Positions 1-10,815 of a DNA stretch of 64,000 bases are shown here, one piece after another (position 1 is the first letter of the stretch; every line of letters starts with the position of its first letter). The notes under the pieces were generated by a model that had not been told where the DNA came from, did not search any database, and saw only the letters and a list, made by a program, of their open reading frames with translations. The stretch is taken from positions 14,553 to 78,552 of the forward strand of contig JAWKQS010000014.1 in assembly GCA_041389985.1 (NCBI GenBank), given 5' to 3'. The stretch comes from a bacterium (lineage in GTDB: Bacteria; Myxococcota_A; Bradymonadia; UBA7976; UBA1532). The translations under genes were made by a program, and so were the position numbers.

Positions 1-655
1 GCACCGTCAGCCACTCTGGCGGCTCGCCCGCCACCGCCTCGCGGGCCTGGATGCGCGCGGACCGCAGCCGCACGATCTTCTCGTTGTCCAGCTTCCAGTC
101 CCGCAGCCCCAGCTTCGGCGGCCCGTCGGCCCCTGTGCGCTCCACCACGCTCACCTGCAGCAGCGGCCCCGGCATCGACTCCACGGGCACCGCCCCCGCG
201 CCGAAGCCCACCGTGATCCGCGGCCCGCACGCCCCGTACAGCACCACCCCCGCGCCCGCTGGCGTCACGCGGGGGATGGCCCGCGGGTAGCGAAACCGGT
301 CCCACCCGACCCCGCGGACGATGGTGTCGCCCACGGCCAGGCTGTCGGCCATGCAGCGAATCGGCCACCGGCCGGTCAGCTTGCCGTCGCCGTCCAGATC
401 CACCGCGCGCCCGGATCCGAGCACATCGGCCTCCGCCAGCCACGCCGGCAGGGGCACGTCGGCCAGCGCCAGCGGCTCCGCGGTGAAGGCCACCGGCGCC
501 GTCGGCACCTCGGCCCCCGGACGCGGGGACACCCGGATGGACACCACCCGCCGCCCCGCCGCGGCCGAGAACACCGTCAGCTCGGGCAGGCCGAAGGGGT
601 GCTCGCCGGCCCAGGCCAACCCATTGATCAGCAACAAGAAAACCAGAAGCCGCAC
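1..655 (-). CDS. Secreted hypothetical protein (5' part; gene runs off the window start)
   Basis: Reverse-strand reading gives a protein-like sequence starting at GTG 655 with a GGAGGGGG RBS 8 nt upstream and N-terminal signal peptide MRLLVFLLLINGLAWA. No stop before position 1, so it is absent from the ORF track. Confidence 0.5.
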   Translation of the reverse strand, partial: MRLLVFLLLINGLAWAGEHPFGLPELTVFSAAAGRRVVSIRVSPRPGAEVPTAPVAFTAEPLALADVPLPAWLAEADVLGSGRAVDLDGDGKLTGRWPIRCMADSLAVGDTIVRGVGWDRFRYPRAIPRVTPAGAGVVLYGACGPRITVGFGAGAVPVESMPGPLLQVSVVERTGADGPPKLGLRDWKLDNEKIVRLRSARIQAREAVAGEPPEWLTV

Positions 656-797
656 CCGCGCCCCCTCCCCTCGGCGTGGCGACCACCGCCCCGCCCGCGG
701 CAGTATCCCGTGCGGACCCCGCTCGAAGCCAGCCGGCCGGTGTGGTCAGATCCCACGAGCCCGCCGTCGGGTGAGGCAGGACCACCCAGGAGATCCC

Positions 798-1634
798 ATG
801 CCACGCACCACGCACCTCCTCCTCCTCGCCGCGTTCATGACCGCCTGCGTCGCCGACCCGGACGCCGAAGACCGCGACGCCGGCGCCGCCGATGCGGCGG
901 CCGACCGGGGCCCCGCCCCCGCCTGCGACCTGCCCCGCACGGCCGTGACCACCCTCGAGGCCCTGCCGCAGGCCCCCGCGCCGGCCTGTGACGCCTACCA
1001 CCCGCCCCGGACCGTCGGCGTCCGCGTCGACGGCCCCGACGGCCAGCGCATCGCCGTCGAGGACGAAGAGCTCGGCGACCAGACCTTCCACTTCGGCGGC
1101 ACCGTCGCCGCCTCCCTGCCCGGCGGCGGCTTCACCCTGCGCACGGGTGCCGGCGACTGGACCTTCACCCTCACCGTGCCCGAAGGGCTGCCCGTCCCCC
1201 ACTTCCCGGTCGGCATGGAGCTCAGCGTCCAGGTCCAGAGCGCCTGGGCCTGGGGCTTCAGCAACCTGGGCATCCTCATCTCGGGCGAGCACCCGCTCTT
1301 CGCCGCCGACACCGGCCTCACCGGCCTCACCCCTCGCGGCCTCACCGTCGACGTCGACCGCGACGAGATGTGCCTCGTCCACGGAGAGGGCTACGACGGC
1401 ATCGAGCAGTACCGCCTCGCCGCCACCCACGCCGGCGGCACCACCCGCGTCCTCCCGGGCGGCTGGGCGGTGCTGCCCATGGCCGACGGCTACCCGCTCG
1501 CCTTCACCAACCTGATGAGCCACCAGCCCCCGTGGACGGATGACTACTGGAACTACGCCTGGGTGGCCTACGCCATCCAGTGCGGCCCGCCCGCCATGGA
1601 GCCCGGCGCCCCCGACGCGGGCGTGGTGCCGTGA
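798..1634 (+). CDS. Hypothetical lipoprotein
   Basis: ATG at 798 preceded by AGGAG. N-terminus MPRTTHLLLLAAFMTAC is a signal peptide with a lipobox Cys. Upstream in-frame part of ORF 321..1634 is antisense to the neighbouring minus-strand gene. Confidence 0.55.
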   Translation: MPRTTHLLLLAAFMTACVADPDAEDRDAGAADAAADRGPAPACDLPRTAVTTLEALPQAPAPACDAYHPPRTVGVRVDGPDGQRIAVEDEELGDQTFHFGGTVAASLPGGGFTLRTGAGDWTFTLTVPEGLPVPHFPVGMELSVQVQSAWAWGFSNLGILISGEHPLFAADTGLTGLTPRGLTVDVDRDEMCLVHGEGYDGIEQYRLAATHAGGTTRVLPGGWAVLPMADGYPLAFTNLMSHQPPWTDDYWNYAWVAYAIQCGPPAMEPGAPDAGVVP

Positions 1635-1850
1635 GCTGAGCGACGCCACCGCGTCCAGCTCGGCGCGAGAGTCAACGCTGCCCAGCGCGTCGAGCCCGGC
1701 ACGTCGCGGCCGGCTCGCCAGCCCCCAAGCCGCCGTCGGGCGAGTGCACCAACGATCGTCCACCACACACGGATTGCATGGCCGATTGCTCCCAGATGAC
1801 GCAGGATGCGCCGCGGACCAGCCCGGGGCGCGGCCCGGCAGGAGAACAGA

Positions 1851-3693
1851 TGCGACGCATTGGCGGGTGGTGGGTGGTGGCCCTCCTGGCCCTCGGTGGC
1901 TGTGACGACGCGGGCACGACGGAGACGCCGGCAGACTGCCGCAACGCGGCGCTGGCGTGCGCGCCGGGGTTCGAGTGCGCGGCCGTCGGAGGGGGGTTCG
2001 AGTGCGTCCGGGCGGCCGACGTCGACGCCGACGGGGCGGACGCCCAGGCCCGCGACGCGGTGGCGGACGCGCAGCTCGAGCGAGACGCGGCGGTGGTCGA
2101 GCCCGACGCGGGTCCTTCGGCCCGACCGGGCGGGTCCTGCGGGCCCGATCTGCCCTGCCTCGACGGCGAGTGCCGCGATGACCTGCCCGGCGGCTTCTGC
2201 CGCGTCCCGTGCCAGGACGACGCCGCCTGCGGTCCCGACGCGGTCTGCTCGACCGGGGGGTCGTGCCGCACCCGCTGTGACGACCTGGGCTGCCGCCGCG
2301 GCTGGGTGTGCGACGGCCGCGAGGAGCCCGCCGTCTGCCGCCCCGACTGCAACGAAATCGCCTGTGGAAACGAGGACATCTGCAACCCCGACTCGGGCCT
2401 GTGCGAGCCCGCGCCGGTGTGCGTCCCCGAGACGTGCAACGAGAAGGACGATGACTGCGACGGCATGCTGGACGAGGGCGTGCAGAACGCCTGCGGCGGC
2501 TGCGGCGACGTCCCCGAGGAGACCTGCAACGGCCGCGATGATGACTGCGATGGCGCCGTGGACGAGGCCGTCCTGAATGCCTGCGGGGCCTGTGGCGACG
2601 TGCCCGAGGAGGCCTGCAACGACGTGGACGATGACTGCGACGGCGAGGTGGACGAGGGGCTGCGCAACGCCTGCGGGGACTGCGGACCGGCCCCGCCGAG
2701 CTCTGCAATGACATCGACGACGACTGCGACGGCACCGTGGACGAGGGCGCCCGCAACGCCTGCGGGGCGTGCGGCCCGCCGGCCGTCGAGGCCTGCGACG
2801 GCGTGGACGCCGACTGCGATGGCGCCGTGGACGAGGACGCCCCCTGCGCGGCCGGGCAGATCTGCCTCGAAGGGCGGTGCCGCCAGCCGCGCAGCGAGGC
2901 CGGCGGGCCGTGCCGGGTCGACGACGACTGCGCAGCCGGCGTGTGCAACGACGAGCCCATCTTCCCCGGTGGGTGGTGCCAGGTCGACTGCGCCCGTGAC
3001 GTCGACTGCGGCGCCGCCGCGGCCTGCCTGGACGTCGGCGTGCTGGCCTGTCTGGAGCGCTGCGACGCGGCCGCCGACTGCCGCCCGGGCTGGGTCTGCT
3101 ACGCCGACGACGGCATCTGCTTCCCGTCGTGCCAGAACATCGGCTGCGCCGCGGGCTACCTCTGTGGGGCCGACGGCTTCTGTGCCATCCCCGTCCTGAA
3201 CATCACGGTGACGCAGGTCTTCCTCAGCCCGGGCGTGAGTGATGGCAGCGCCTGGGATGGCTTCGGCAACGTGGGCCAGGCCGACTTCGCGGCCGCCGCC
3301 CAGGCCGCGCTGTCCGGTAACCTGGCGAGCCTCACCGCGGTGGCGGCCCAGTTCGCCAACGCCGCCTACGCCCCGCCCGATCCGTTCGGCACCGCCACGC
3401 TGCTCCAGGGCCCCATCAGCCGCTCCCTCAACCTGGCCGAGATCCAGGACACCTACTCGCCGCAGTGGGCTGGCATCTCGTGGCGCGTCGCCCTGGACCC
3501 CGCCGCCGACACCCGGGTGCGCATCAGCCTGACGGACGCGGACCTGGCCAACGACGACCCCATCGGCACCGTCGAGGTGGGCCAGGCGGACCTCATCGCG
3601 GCCCAGGCCGCGGGCCGCGTCTTCCCCGTCGCCACGGTGAACCAGGGCAACGGCCACATCATCGCCGTGGCCATCAGCGTCCGCGCCGAGTAG
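1851..3693 (+). CDS. Cys-rich secreted lipoprotein with tandem CxxDDDCDGxxDE...NACGxCG repeats (MopE-like putative metal-binding motif); apparent -1 frameshift near 2690-2700
   Basis: Signal/lipobox MRRIGGWWVVALLALGGC. At least six copies of the CNxxDDDCDGxVDEGxxNACGxCG repeat. The repeat continues in a second frame (ORF 2737..3693) after a single-base loss in a ccccgcc run. Confidence 0.6.
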
Positions 3694-3888
3694 CCCTGCT
3701 GGCCTGATCTCGCTCGGCCGCTCCAGTTCGCTTCATCCACCGCCCACGTTGTCGAACTCCACCCCCCAGATGTTCGGGGGGCACATGGCCCACCTCCGGC
3801 CGCCATGCTCTCGACGTCGCGACGCCCACGACACGGTGTGGTGGGCGTCCCAGGCGGGAGCGAGGCTCCCGGAAGGAGGCGTTCTGCC

Positions 3889-6800
3889 ATGCCACACGTC
3901 CACCACCATCCACTCGCCCGCTGGCTGTGCGGCCTCATCGCGCTGGCCGGCTGCGCCCCCACGACGTCGACCCCGGAGCCCGACACGCCGCCGGCCGTGG
4001 CGCAGCGCTCCGATCCCCTGAGCGACGAGTGCGTCGCGCCCGGGTGCGGCAACGGCGCCCTGGAGGCGTACGAGGCCTGCGATGATGGCAACACCAAGGG
4101 CGGCGACGGCTGCTCGGCCACCTGCCTGCGGGAGCAGGCCGAGCCGAAGCCGGCGGGCGTCATCCGCCTGCAGAACCGCACCCTCTCGCCCGCCGAGGCC
4201 ATCGACCCCGCCCTCGTCGCGGCGGCCGCCGAGGCGCCGCAGCCCTACCTGCACGCCATGGCGGTCTTCGACGAGCGCCCCGACTCCGAGGCCCCGGCCG
4301 CGTGGGCCGAGGCCGGCATCGAGCTGGCGGGCTACATCCACGCCGAGGTCTACATCGTCAAGCTGCCCCTCACCGAGACGGCGGACGGCGAGCCCATGGA
4401 CGAGGCGGGCTTCGAGGCGCTGCGGGTGCGCCTGGGGGCGAAGCACCTGGTGGCCTTCGCGCCGGGCGACCGCGCCGACGAGGCCACCCAGGCCGGCGAT
4501 CTGCCCGACTGGGCGGTGGATCCGGCCACGGGCCTGGCCCATGTGCTGGTGCTGGTCTACGGCGGCGTGCCCGCCCACGACCGCGACGCCCTCATCGAGG
4601 GGATCCAGGCCGGCGACGAGCCGGCGGTCCTGGCCTCCGAGGCGCTGGTGGCGGTGACGACGCCCGTCGAGGCGCTGCCGACCCTGCTGGCCAGCCCGCT
4701 GGTGGAGTGGATCGAGCCCGGCCCGCACCCCGCCGACGAGCTGATGGACGCCGTGCGCGCCAACCTGGGCGTGACCAACGCGGACCGCCCGAGCCTGTGC
4801 CTGACGGGCGCCGGCGTGCGCCTGGCCACGGTCGCCGAGACCGCGCAGGCCAACCACCCGGACTTCTACACCTACGACGTCAACGGGGTGCAGGGCGCCT
4901 CCCGCCTGCTCGCCGGTGCCGCCGGCGGCGGGACCCATGGCACCCATGTCATCGGCATCATGGCGGGCAACGGCTGGCTGAGCCAGGCGCTGGGCGGCCG
5001 GCCGTTCCAGTGGCGCGGCGTGGCCCCGGAGGCCCAGGTGACGGACGCGGAGTGGTACTCCGCCAGCCCCACCGGCGTGCGGCCCCACGCCGCCGGCAGC
5101 TCGACCGTCCCCATCGGCTTCGACGGCTTCTACGACGCCGGGCTCATGGACATGGACGCCCGCATCCGGGGCGATGCCCACCTGGGACACTTCTACACCC
5201 AGCTCTGGGCGGCCGGGAACAACGGCGGCGGCTACGCGGGGGGGGCCACCGGCCAGGGCTCCGGCTCCGGCACCCGGGGCAACTACGCCGTCGTCGCCAC
5301 CGGCAAGAACACCATCAGCGTGGCCAACATCTTCGCCGAGGACTTCCGCTGGGCCTCCAGCTCCATGGGCCCCAGCCACGACGGCCGCATCAAGCCCGAG
5401 GTGGCCGCCCCCGGCTGCCGCCTGCGCCACCCCTACCAGGACGTGGCCTTCGAGGTGGAGTACCTGCGCGTCGTGCGCCCCGCGCCGGGCGACGCCGACC
5501 TGAACTACGACTTCGAGGGGCCCACCATGGATGGCTGGTACCCCTGGCAGATGTGGCGCGAGAAGGCCACCGGCCCCACCAAGGTGGCGTCGCCGGGGGG
5601 CCACGCCGCGCGCTTCATGCTCACCGGGCCGCGGCCCCTGGTGCAGTGGAGCAAGTATGAGGTGGCCGCCGGCGAGCGGACCATCCATGACTACTTCAAC
5701 GGCACCTACGGCGGCCTGAGCAAGGCCAACGACGAGATCCACCTGCGCTACCGCTACGCCGGCGGCGAGCCGCTCTTCGAGGGCGGCCACATCCTCCTCT
5801 GGTGGTTCTGGAACCTGACCGACGCCAACCCCAACAACGACCAGGTGCGCTACCTGGAGGTGCCCATCCGGGCCGACGGGGCCTGGGACACCATCGTGCT
5901 GCCCGCCAGCGCCCTGGGCGACTGGGCCGGCCACCCCATCGACACGCTGCGCCTCTCGCCCGGCGCCCCCAACCCCGGCGCCGTCATCGCGGCCGGCGAG
6001 ATCAGCCAGTATGCCGGCATGTGCGGCACCTCCATGGCCTCCCCCGCCGCCACCGGCGTCGTCGGCCTGCTGCTCGAGGAGCTGGCCACCACCCGCGGCG
6101 TGGATCTGGACGATCCCCTGTCGCCGTCGCCCTTCGCCTGGGGCAGCCCCGGCACCGGCCGCCCCCTGCCCTCGACCTTCCGCGCCCTGCTCGTCCACAG
6201 CGCCCGGGATCTGGCCCGCGTCGCCCGCATCGGCGACACCAACGGCGCCGACACCGGCGAGCCGCCCTCCTACCACAAGGGTCCCGACTACACGATGGGC
6301 TACGGCGCCGTGGACGCCGAGGAGGCCGTGCGCGTCCTCCAGGAGAACGCCGCCGGCAACCTGCCCATCTACGAGCGCCAGGCCGCCCCGGCCACCACCC
6401 AGGTCTTCAACCTCACGGTGCCCCCCAACCAGCGGGCCCCGCTCAAGGTCACCCTGGCCTGGAGCGACCCCGGCATCTCGCCGACCGGCCTCCAGCACGA
6501 GAAGAAGCTGGTCAACGACCTGGACCTGGAGCTGCGCGCCCCGTCGGGGGCCGTCCACCGGCCCTGGTCCATCGATCTGCCTTACATTCCCTACAGTTGC
6601 CCGACGTGTCTCCCCCCGCAGGCGGTCGGCGACGAGCCCGTCACCACCGCCGACTTCGTACCGGCGCGCAACGACCTGAAGAACAGCCGCGACAACCTCG
6701 AGATGGTCTACGTCGAGACGCCGGAGGCTGGCGTCTGGCAGGTGCGCGTCTCGGTGCCTCCGCTGCCGACCGGCCCCCAGAAGTACTCCATCATCCTGGG

Positions 6801-7979
6801 CCAGCCGGCCCCCCCGGCCGACGAGCTGGCCGGCGGCAAGGTGGCGTTCGTCTCCGATCGCGGCGGCATCCCCGCCGTCTACATCTCGCAGAACGACGGC
6901 AACCCGCCCGTGGCCCTGCCCAGCATGGGCGCCCCCGCCCGCGATCCCGAGTGGTCCCCCGACGGCCGCTACGTGGCCTACGTGGCCTGGGAGACCGTCT
7001 CCGGCGCCGACCAGCTCATCGTCTGGGACACCGTCGGCACCAACCACCACCTCATCACGACGCCCTTCCCGGGCTACCGCTACCTGAGCCACCCGTCATG
7101 GGCCCCCGACGGCAGCGAGATCTTCATCGGCTACCACGACGACCCGCAGGAGAAGGCCATCGGTGCCGTCGCCTTCCCCAGCGCCACCACCCGCACCCTG
7201 TACGCCACGCCGCCCGGCGGCTTCTGGAGCCCCGACGCCCCGGTCTACGGCGGCGTCGACCCCACCGGCCGCGCGCATGTGCTCGTCTACGCCACCGGGG
7301 CCTGCGTCGAGAACGCCCTCTTCCGCATCCCCGTGGAGGGCGGCGCGCTGGATCGCGTCTGGGCCGACGGCTTCCCCAGCACCCGCGCCCTCTTCCCCTC
7401 CGCCACCCGGGACGGCCGGCGCATCCTCTTCACCAGCGAGGACTACCTGGTGGGCACCCCGGGCTTCGACGACTACGAGGTGGTGGAGGTCGGCGCCCTC
7501 GAGGGCGTGACCACCCGCCACACCAGCGACGCCGGGCCCCAGATCGCCGCCTACGCCATCGGCGGCGTCGGCGAGTGGGCCGCCGAGACCCGCGCGCCCG
7601 GCGGCCGCCGCGACATCATCCTGCAGCACAACGGCGTGCGGCAGGCCCTCGCCATCGCCGACCCCGGCAACGCCTACGACGACTACCACCCGAGCTGGTG
7701 GAAGGCCGATCCCAGCGTGCCCGTCCCCCCCCCCAACGCCCCCGCCATTTCCTGCCCCGCCACCGTCATGTGGCCGCCGCAGGTGGCCCCCTGCGGCCCC
7801 CGCACCCCGCCCCCGCCACCGCCACCAGCGTCTGCGGCGGCCCGGTGCAGATCGACGTCGACCCGCCCACCGTCTCGGGCGGCGGCTCCCACACCGTCAC
7901 CTACACCGCCACCGACCGCCTGGGCCACCAGGCGAGCTGCACGACGGTCGTCTCGTGGCAGTGCATCTCCAGCAACTGA
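3889..7979 (+). CDS. Subtilisin-like (S8) serine peptidase with N-terminal myxobacterial Cys-rich repeat, TolB/PD40-like beta-propeller repeats and C-terminal HYR-like domain; apparent frameshift near 7790-7815
   Basis: RBS GGAAGGAGG then ATG 3889. Lipoprotein signal LARWLCGLIALAGC. Motif CGNGALEAYEACDDGNTKGGDGCSATC. S8 His motif HGTHVIGIMAG and Ser motif GTSMASPAATGV. PD40-like DPEWSPDGRYVAY and SHPSWAPDGSEIF. C-terminus ...PTATSVCGG...TVTYTATDRLGHQASCTTVVSW continues in the ORF 5802..7979 frame after a poly-C tract. The frame-1 read-through to 8481 crosses non-coding 43-bp repeats. Confidence 0.7.
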
Positions 7980-8010
7980 TGGTGGCGTGAGCCGTACCGG
8001 CGCCCTCGAC

Positions 8011-8464
8011 GGCGTCCGGGGCACCCCCTGCCCACCTCGAACCGCCCTCGACCGCGTCCGGGGCACCCCCATGCCCACCTCGAACCGCCCTCGACCGCGT
8101 CCGGGGCACCCCCTGCCCACCTCGAACCGCCCTCGACCGCGTCCGGGGCACCCCCCTGCCCACCTCGAACCGCCCTCGACCGCGGCCGGGGCACCCCCCT
8201 GCCCACCTCGAACCGCCCTCGACCGCGTCCGGGGCCCTCCGATCCTGCCTCGGAGTCGCCCCGACCGGCCCCCGGGGCCCTCCGATCCTGCCTTCGAGTC
8301 GCCCCGACCGGCCCCCGGGGCCCTCCGATCCTGCCTTCGAGTCGCCCCGACCGGCCCCCGGGGCCGTCCGATCCTGCCTCCGAGTCGCCCCGACCGGCCC
8401 CCGGGGCCCTCCGATCCTGCCTTCGAGTCGCCCCGACCGGCCCCCGGGGCCCTCCCCGCCCCCC
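8011..8464. repeat. Two adjacent direct tandem-repeat arrays: unit A about 42-43 bp x5.6 (8011-8249) and unit B 43 bp x5 (8250-8464)
   Basis: Unit A is cgccctcgaccgcgtccggggcaccccctgcccacctcgaac. Unit B is cgatcctgcc(t/c)(t/c)(c/g)gagtcgccccgaccggcccccggggccctc. Copies are near-identical, head-to-tail with no spacers. The unit length is not a multiple of 3. Confidence 0.85.
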
Positions 8465-8534
8465 TCGAAGCGCCCGCTTGAATCCCGCCGCGCCCCGTGG
8501 CCCAATGCCGCAGGGCGATCGTCGGGAGCATCGG

Positions 8535-10751
8535 GTGTACTACTGCCGCCGCTGCGAGATGGGCCGCGCCCTGGCGGCCACCCCATGCCGCCACGGCCCG
8601 ACGCCCCTGGTCAGCCTGGCGGGCTTCACCGTCGGCAGCTTCATCGGCCAGGGCGCCCACGGCCGCGTCTTCGGCTGCACCGCCGACGGCCGTGAGTGGG
8701 CCGTCAAGATCATCGACCTGCGCACCGCCGTCAGCGGCGCCGACATCCGCCGCCTCGTCGACCGCGAGAAGGCCGCCCTCGTGCGCCTGCGCCACCGCCA
8801 CGTGATCGCCCTGCACCAGACCGGCGAGCACGACGAGCTGCTGTTCCTGGTGGTCGAGCGCCTGGAGGAGACGCTGCGCCAGCGCATGCAGCAGCCCATC
8901 GCCCTGCCCCGCGCCCTGGAGTACGCCGCCTGCCTGGCCGACGCCCTGGCCTACGTCCACGACGCCGGGTCGCTGCACCGGGACGTGAAGCCCGAGAACA
9001 TCGGCTTTCGCCGCGACGACTCCCTGGCCCTCTTCGACTTCGGCCTGGCCGCCGACCGCACCACCGGCCGCGCCGCCCACACCACCGGCGTCGTCGGCAC
9101 CTGGCCGTACGCGGCCCCCGAGCAGATCCTGACCCGGGAGAGCGACCAGGCGACGGACGTCTACAGCCTGGGCGCCGTGCTCTTCGAGCTCTTCACGGGC
9201 GGCTCCCACCGCCCCGTCCCGGATCAGCTGAACCCCGTCGCGTGGCTCGCCCAGCCCATCCCCGCCTGGCCGACCGAGCGGGCGCTGCCGGTCGGGATCA
9301 CCCCCCTCGCCGACCTCATCCACGCCTGCCTCGCCCGCGAACCCGGCACCCGCCCGGCCATGTGGCAGGTGCAGGACGCCCTGGGCGAGCTGGCCGACCG
9401 GGCCCACCTGGACTTCGCGCGCCTGGCCGGCGAGCACCAGCGGCTGACGCGGGAGGTGGAGGCCGCCCGCGCAGAAGCCGCTGATCTGACTGCGAAATCC
9501 AAGCAGGCCAGGACGACCGCCCAGCAGGCCGAGGCCCGACGCGCCACCGCCGAGGCCGAGGGCAAGCGCCTCGCCGAAGAGCTCGACCGCCTGCGCGCCG
9601 AGGCCGCCCGGGCCGAGGACGAGGCCCAGCGCGCCGCCGCCAGCCGCAGGCGAGACGCCCAGGAAGCCGAGACGCGGGCCGCGAAGGCCGAAGCCCGGCG
9701 CGAGGCCGCCGAGGCGAAGCGCGCGACCGCCGAGGCCAGCGTCACGGCGCTCCAGGCCGAGCGCGACCGGCTCACGAAGGAGCTGGAGCGCTTGCGGACC
9801 GGGGAGACGTCGTCGACGGAGCCATATCCGGAGGCGATGAAGCACGCCCGTGAGGCCCTCGGGACGAAGCGGGCGCAGGCCCCGCCGCCGACCGCCGGCC
9901 AGCTCATCGCACCAGCGACGGCGACCCGACCCGCGCTGCGGTGGGTTCCGTCCGGCACCTTCACCATGGGCAGTCCCCCCGACGAACCGGGCCGAGGCGA
10001 CGACGAGGTGAGGCACCCGGTGACGCTGTCCTCCCCGCTCCTGGTGATGGAGACGCCCATCACCCAGGGCCAGTGGGCAGCGCTGCTGGGCACGCGCCCC
10101 TCGTACTTCCGCCAGGGCGGCGACACCTGCCCGGTGGAGCGGGTGAGCTGGTACGAGGCGGTGGCGTTCGCGAACGCGCTGTCGGCGGCGGAGGGCCTGA
10201 CGCCAGCGTACCGGGTGGGGCCAGCGTCGGGCACGCTGGGCGGGGGGTTGGCAGCGGGCCAGCCATGGGCCGCCGGCGACTTCCAGTACGCTTCGGTAGA
10301 GCCGGTGCCGGGGGCGAGCGGCTACCGCCTGCCGACGGAGGCGGAGTGGGAGGGCTGGCCCGCGCAGGGACGCCGGGGGCCATCTACGCGGGAACGCTGG
10401 AGATTCTGGGCGAGCGCAACGCCTGCCCTGGACCCCATCGCCTGGTATGGGGGCAACAGCGCCAAGGCGACGCACCCGGTGGGGCAGAAGGCGGCCAACC
10501 CGTGGGGCCTGCACGACGTGCTCGGCAACGTCTACGAGTGGTGCTGGGACGGGTATGCCCCCTACCCGACGGGCATGCAGCAAGACCCACACGGCCCACC
10601 CACCGGCGTCCACCGGGTTGTCCGTGGCGGGTCGTGGATCACGAACGCGCGGTGGGTGCGGTCGGCGAACCGCAACCACTGCGGCCCGGTCAGGCGGTAC
10701 GCGGTCATCGGGTTCCGCCTCGTTCGCCCCCCCAGCTCGGTCGGACCTTGA
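8535..10751 (+). CDS. DGR target 1: Ser/Thr protein kinase, coiled-coil, FGE-sulfatase (C-type lectin fold) domain with VR at the C-terminus
   Basis: Hanks kinase motifs IGQGAHGRVF, HRDVKPEN, DFG and APE. Long Ala/Glu/Arg coiled coil. FGE-sulfatase signatures RLPTEAEWE, THPVGQKAANPWGLHDVLGNVYEWCWD and RVVRGGSW. Start chosen at GTG 8535 (GGGAG RBS 6 nt upstream; VYYCRRC zinc-ribbon N-terminus like the paralogs). Alternative in-frame starts are ATG 8505 and TTG 8478. Confidence 0.8.
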   Translation: MYYCRRCEMGRALAATPCRHGPTPLVSLAGFTVGSFIGQGAHGRVFGCTADGREWAVKIIDLRTAVSGADIRRLVDREKAALVRLRHRHVIALHQTGEHDELLFLVVERLEETLRQRMQQPIALPRALEYAACLADALAYVHDAGSLHRDVKPENIGFRRDDSLALFDFGLAADRTTGRAAHTTGVVGTWPYAAPEQILTRESDQATDVYSLGAVLFELFTGGSHRPVPDQLNPVAWLAQPIPAWPTERALPVGITPLADLIHACLAREPGTRPAMWQVQDALGELADRAHLDFARLAGEHQRLTREVEAARAEAADLTAKSKQARTTAQQAEARRATAEAEGKRLAEELDRLRAEAARAEDEAQRAAASRRRDAQEAETRAAKAEARREAAEAKRATAEASVTALQAERDRLTKELERLRTGETSSTEPYPEAMKHAREALGTKRAQAPPPTAGQLIAPATATRPALRWVPSGTFTMGSPPDEPGRGDDEVRHPVTLSSPLLVMETPITQGQWAALLGTRPSYFRQGGDTCPVERVSWYEAVAFANALSAAEGLTPAYRVGPASGTLGGGLAAGQPWAAGDFQYASVEPVPGASGYRLPTEAEWEGWPAQGRRGPSTRERWRFWASATPALDPIAWYGGNSAKATHPVGQKAANPWGLHDVLGNVYEWCWDGYAPYPTGMQQDPHGPPTGVHRVVRGGSWITNARWVRSANRNHCGPVRRYAVIGFRLVRPPSSVGP
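10603..10736 (+). repeat. DGR variable repeat VR1 (last about 45 codons of target 1)
   Basis: 134 nt identical to the TR except at 9 positions, all of which are adenines in the TR (A to T or G). Confidence 0.85.
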
Positions 10752-10815
10752 GTCTAGAGTCTAGAAAGTGTGTTGTGCGCGGCAGATCTGCCGTGGCGCG
10801 GCACTCCGCGGCAGA
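10752..10815 (+). promoter_or_regulatory. Conserved post-VR element (palindromes TCTAGAgTCTAGA and CGGCAGATCTGCCG); candidate cruciform/hairpin next to the IMH region
   Basis: Starts right after the target-1 stop. A near-identical copy (2 mismatches) follows the target-2 stop in the same relative orientation (13186-13250). Further GGCAGATCTGCC-type palindromes at 10831-10844, 10857-10876 (perfect 20-nt palindrome) and 10893-10904. Confidence 0.6.

Noticed and set aside
8011-8464. Possible CRISPR array
   Set aside because: Units are contiguous head-to-tail with no unique spacers, and there are two different unit types. This is a plain tandem (minisatellite-like) repeat.
3805-8481. 1558-aa ORF reading from the S8 protease through the tandem repeats
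   Set aside because: The repeat unit length is not a multiple of 3, and the translation is P/R/G low-complexity. The protease more plausibly ends at the TGA at 7977-7979 after a poly-C frameshift.
1672-10679. Long antisense ORFs (1672..3657-, 3733..7092-, 7683..10679-; also 23122..26745+, 42948..49463-, 45470..48550-, 17418..19766-, 19414..21120+, 20990..22486+)
   Set aside because: G/A/R/P-rich low-complexity translations lying opposite well-supported genes. These are typical stop-poor reverse frames in 70% GC DNA.
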